Assembly (NCBI RefSeq): GCF_964204645.1
Contig: NC_134030.1
Location: 6,676,778-6,740,777 of the forward strand
DNA: 64,000 nt
Direction: 5' to 3'
Source of the DNA: Tubulanus polymorphus
Lineage: Eukaryota; Animalia; Nemertea
The position numbers and the translations under genes are program-made. Within the stretch, counting starts at the first letter, position 1, and each line of letters begins with the position of its first letter. This document shows positions 63,501 through 64,000 of the stretch, in pieces. Under the pieces are notes generated by a model that ran no database searches, was not told where the DNA came from, and saw nothing but the letters and a program-made list of their open reading frames with translations.

Positions 63501-64000
63501 ATGGCTTTTTATAATTAATACTTATACACTATAAAAAGGCTTAATCTATAGTAGGAGTTGTTTCTATACATATCTCAAATAAACTGACTACTGGTTTTGA
63601 TAACTAATATTTATACACTTTAAAAAAGCTTAATCTATAGTAAGAGTCGTTTCTATACTCATCTCAAATTGACTGATTTAGGTTTTTGATAATTAATACT
63701 TATACCCCATAAAAAGAATTAATCTATAGTAGGAGTTGTTTCTATACTCATCTTAAATAAACTGACTGTTGGTTTTTGATAATTAATATTCATCACTATA
63801 ATCAAGCTTAATCTATAGAAGAAGTTGTTTCTATACTCATCACAAATAAACTGACTTAAGTTTATGATGACTAATAGACACAATGAAAAAGCTTAAATCT
63901 CAAATAAACTAACTGTTGGTTTTCGAAAATTAATATTTATACACTATCAAAAATGCTTAATCTATAGAAAGAGTCATTCCTATACTCTTGTAAAATACAC
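57600..64000. repeat. AT-rich satellite DNA, ~88-89-bp monomer, running off the window end
   Basis: Monomer TTAATCTATAGTAGGAGTTGTTTCTATACTCATCTCAAATAAACTGACTATGGCTTTTTATAATTAATACCTATACACTATAAAAAGGC (e.g. 62089 to 62178). It is degenerate from about 57600 and regular from about 60000. Confidence 0.97.

Overview
AT-rich, intron-rich animal DNA (probably a marine invertebrate; this is inferred from gene content and the many 70-90 nt introns). The first 23 kb are gene-dense: the first coding exon of a CRAL-TRIO (alpha-TTP/clavesin-like) gene (-), a complete ANKS3 (-) head-to-head with a DNAAF8/C16orf71 (Daap1) orthologue carrying about five NDK-like repeats (+), and a convergent complete TMEM192 (-). 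From 23 to 45 kb is an accessory region. It holds a decayed multi-exon gene or lncRNA divergent from TMEM192 and a ~10.5 kb segment bounded by ~210-bp inverted arms with G-rich minisatellites. Inside that segment is a 4.1-kb TIR element carrying a broken Polinton/Maverick-type protein-primed DNA polymerase B. The region also has a ~1.4-kb segmental duplication and a ~962-bp tandem array. At 46.4-51 kb is an OATP/SLCO transporter whose last exon(s) I cannot find in the window. It is followed by a LINE 3' remnant, a (TA)n tract and an ~89-bp satellite array that grows more homogeneous toward the window end. Exon coordinates were read by hand from splice signals. Gene identities come from recalled family motifs; no database search was run.
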